This document shows positions 62,591 to 64,000 of a stretch of DNA of 64,000 nt, piece after piece (position 1 is the stretch's first letter; each line of letters opens with the position of its first letter). Source of the DNA: Octopus sinensis (taxonomy: Eukaryota); assembly GCF_006345805.1 (NCBI RefSeq), contig NC_043008.1:31434001-31498000 (forward strand), written 5' to 3'. The notes below the pieces were generated by a model. It did not search any database. It had not been told where the DNA came from and worked only from the letters and a program-made list of their open reading frames with translations. The position numbers were made by a program, and so were the translations under genes.

Positions 62591-62987
62591 TCCCTAGCCA
62601 CATTCAGATGGCTGATCCCCCTTATGTTATAGAGCAGTTACTGTTTATATATCGCTCAGAGATTTATTAATGTTTTCGAACGGATTTTCTACGCCAGTGA
62701 CTGTGGTTACTGTGAAAATCCCTATATATCCAGCCTGTAGAGGGAGTCCCTCAACGAAGAACGGTACTTGCCATGCGTTGACAAGAGGCAATAACCTCGA
62801 AACCGGTCCGTATGTAGTATCCGTATCTTCGGGGAGGCTGATCTCCCTTTGCGGGCTGGCAAGGACACCGAGATGGTGTCAGCCCTTCTGGTGACGTCGA
62901 TGATCGCCTGGGGCTAAATGCATCAGTAACACCCCCACCACCCCGCCCTGTCCCTAGCCACATTCAGATGGCTGATCCCCCTTATGT
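62591..62987 (+). mobile_element. Retrozyme-like non-coding unit: 360-bp monomer plus 37-bp terminal redundancy, containing an intact HHR
   Basis: Identical tccctagccacattcagatggctgatcccccttatgt at 62591-62627 and 62951-62987; HHR at 62772-62814; several other hairpins; no meaningful ORF. Confidence 0.7.
62772..62814 (+). ncRNA. Intact minimal type I hammerhead ribozyme, U3-A8 variant, GUC cleavage site
   Basis: CATGCG-TTGACAA-GAGG-caataa-CCTC-GAAACCGGT-C-CGTATG: 6-bp stem I (one G-U), 4-bp stem II, palindromic ACCGGT stem III; predicted cut between 62808 and 62809. Confidence 0.8.
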
Positions 62988-63499
62988 ATTGAAACCATTT
63001 GTGGGGAAATATTGTAATATGTTTATCGCATGTAACGTGTTGTTCATCGCATTTCCATTAAATGCATATTGAATGCTTAAAAGTGCTTGTCTACTCGTTT
63101 CTTTTTGTCATTGAAGTGGTTGTGAGGTGTGCTAAAAATAACAGCTAAATAACGTTTTTTGGATACATTTTTTAAGTTCGTGCTGTAGCATTAAATGCAT
63201 ATTGAATGTTTCAAACTACAAACCACATGTTTACAAATACTGACAACACGTACTATTTTCAGGATGTTGACAACAAAATGTGCAGTCACGCACAAAATGA
63301 CAGCTTCCAAATCCTGTTTCTTGACTTGGTGAGAATGATTAAACTTTAAACCTCTAAAACTTTTTAAAAACATTTTTCTGAAAAAAGTGAAATAACTCAA
63401 GCAATTCAGCTTGGAAAAATATATTATTGTGCCAAATTTTCGATAAACTTTAATTTTTGAAATGCTGGCAGCCAAACTAACTAGATCCAAGAATTATTT

Positions 63500-63640
63500 T
63501 AGTAGAATGAATCAACACCAGTACTTTTTTTAAGAGCCAGGTACTTATTCTATCGAAATCTTTTGCTGAACCGCTAAGTTTAGGAGACATAAACACACCA
63601 ACAATGGCTGTCAAGCTATGGTGGGAAACAAGCACAGACA

Positions 63641-63671
<31 letters not shown>

Positions 63672-63846
63672 CACACACAATTCATATACGACAGACTTTT
63701 TTCAGTTTCTGTTTACCAAATCCACTAACAAGGCTTTGGTTGGCACGAGACTATAGTAGAAGACACTTACCCAAGGTGCCATGCAGTGGAGCTGAACCCA
63801 TGTGGTTGGGAAGCAAGCTTCATACCACACAGCCACACCTGCGCCT
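63500..63846 (-). mobile_element. SINE family A, near full length
   Basis: ttttgctgaaccgctaagtt...ccaaggtgccatgcagtgg...cataccacacagccacacctgcgcct. Confidence 0.85.
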
Positions 63847-64000
63847 AATTAGATACTTTTCTTAAACTTATTTTAAATATATTTTCAATATATAATTTAG
63901 CAGTCAATAATGCACAGCTATCTATATGTTTTGGTGTTTCGATCATCTTTCAAGTGAAGTAATGCCTTTATGATGTAAGATAACTGCTTCCTGCAACTTT

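Overview
AT-rich, microsatellite-saturated eukaryotic DNA with one 100-N gap (33257-33356). The tRNA-derived SINE families indicate an octopus (coleoid cephalopod) genome; this is an inference from repeat content. No complete host gene is visible, only a few candidate exons. Almost all the long ORFs in the track are translations of simple repeats. The real coding signal is from mobile elements: (1) a near-full-length APE+RT LINE (22112-25995), whose ORF1 has a Myb/SANT-like N-terminus and a CCCH finger and whose 3' hairpin tail is shared with the commonest SINE; (2) at least three Penelope-like element (PLE) copies with GIY-YIG endonuclease remnants; (3) mariner, R4/Dong-like and other LINE fragments, and MITEs. 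The most striking signal is a dense set of type I hammerhead ribozyme (HHR) motifs. Two unrelated PLEs (4456-7980 and Naiad-like 11792-16323) have the same fold-back design: a 5'-truncated copy capped by an inverted copy of its own 3' end, with an HHR in each arm. A 360-bp non-coding unit with an intact U3-A8 variant HHR and a 37-bp terminal redundancy (62591-62987) looks like an animal retrozyme/circular-RNA insertion. A tRNA-headed, HHR-tailed element (51675-51927) may be a PLE-dependent SINE. All ribozyme and domain calls were made by eye and need computational confirmation.
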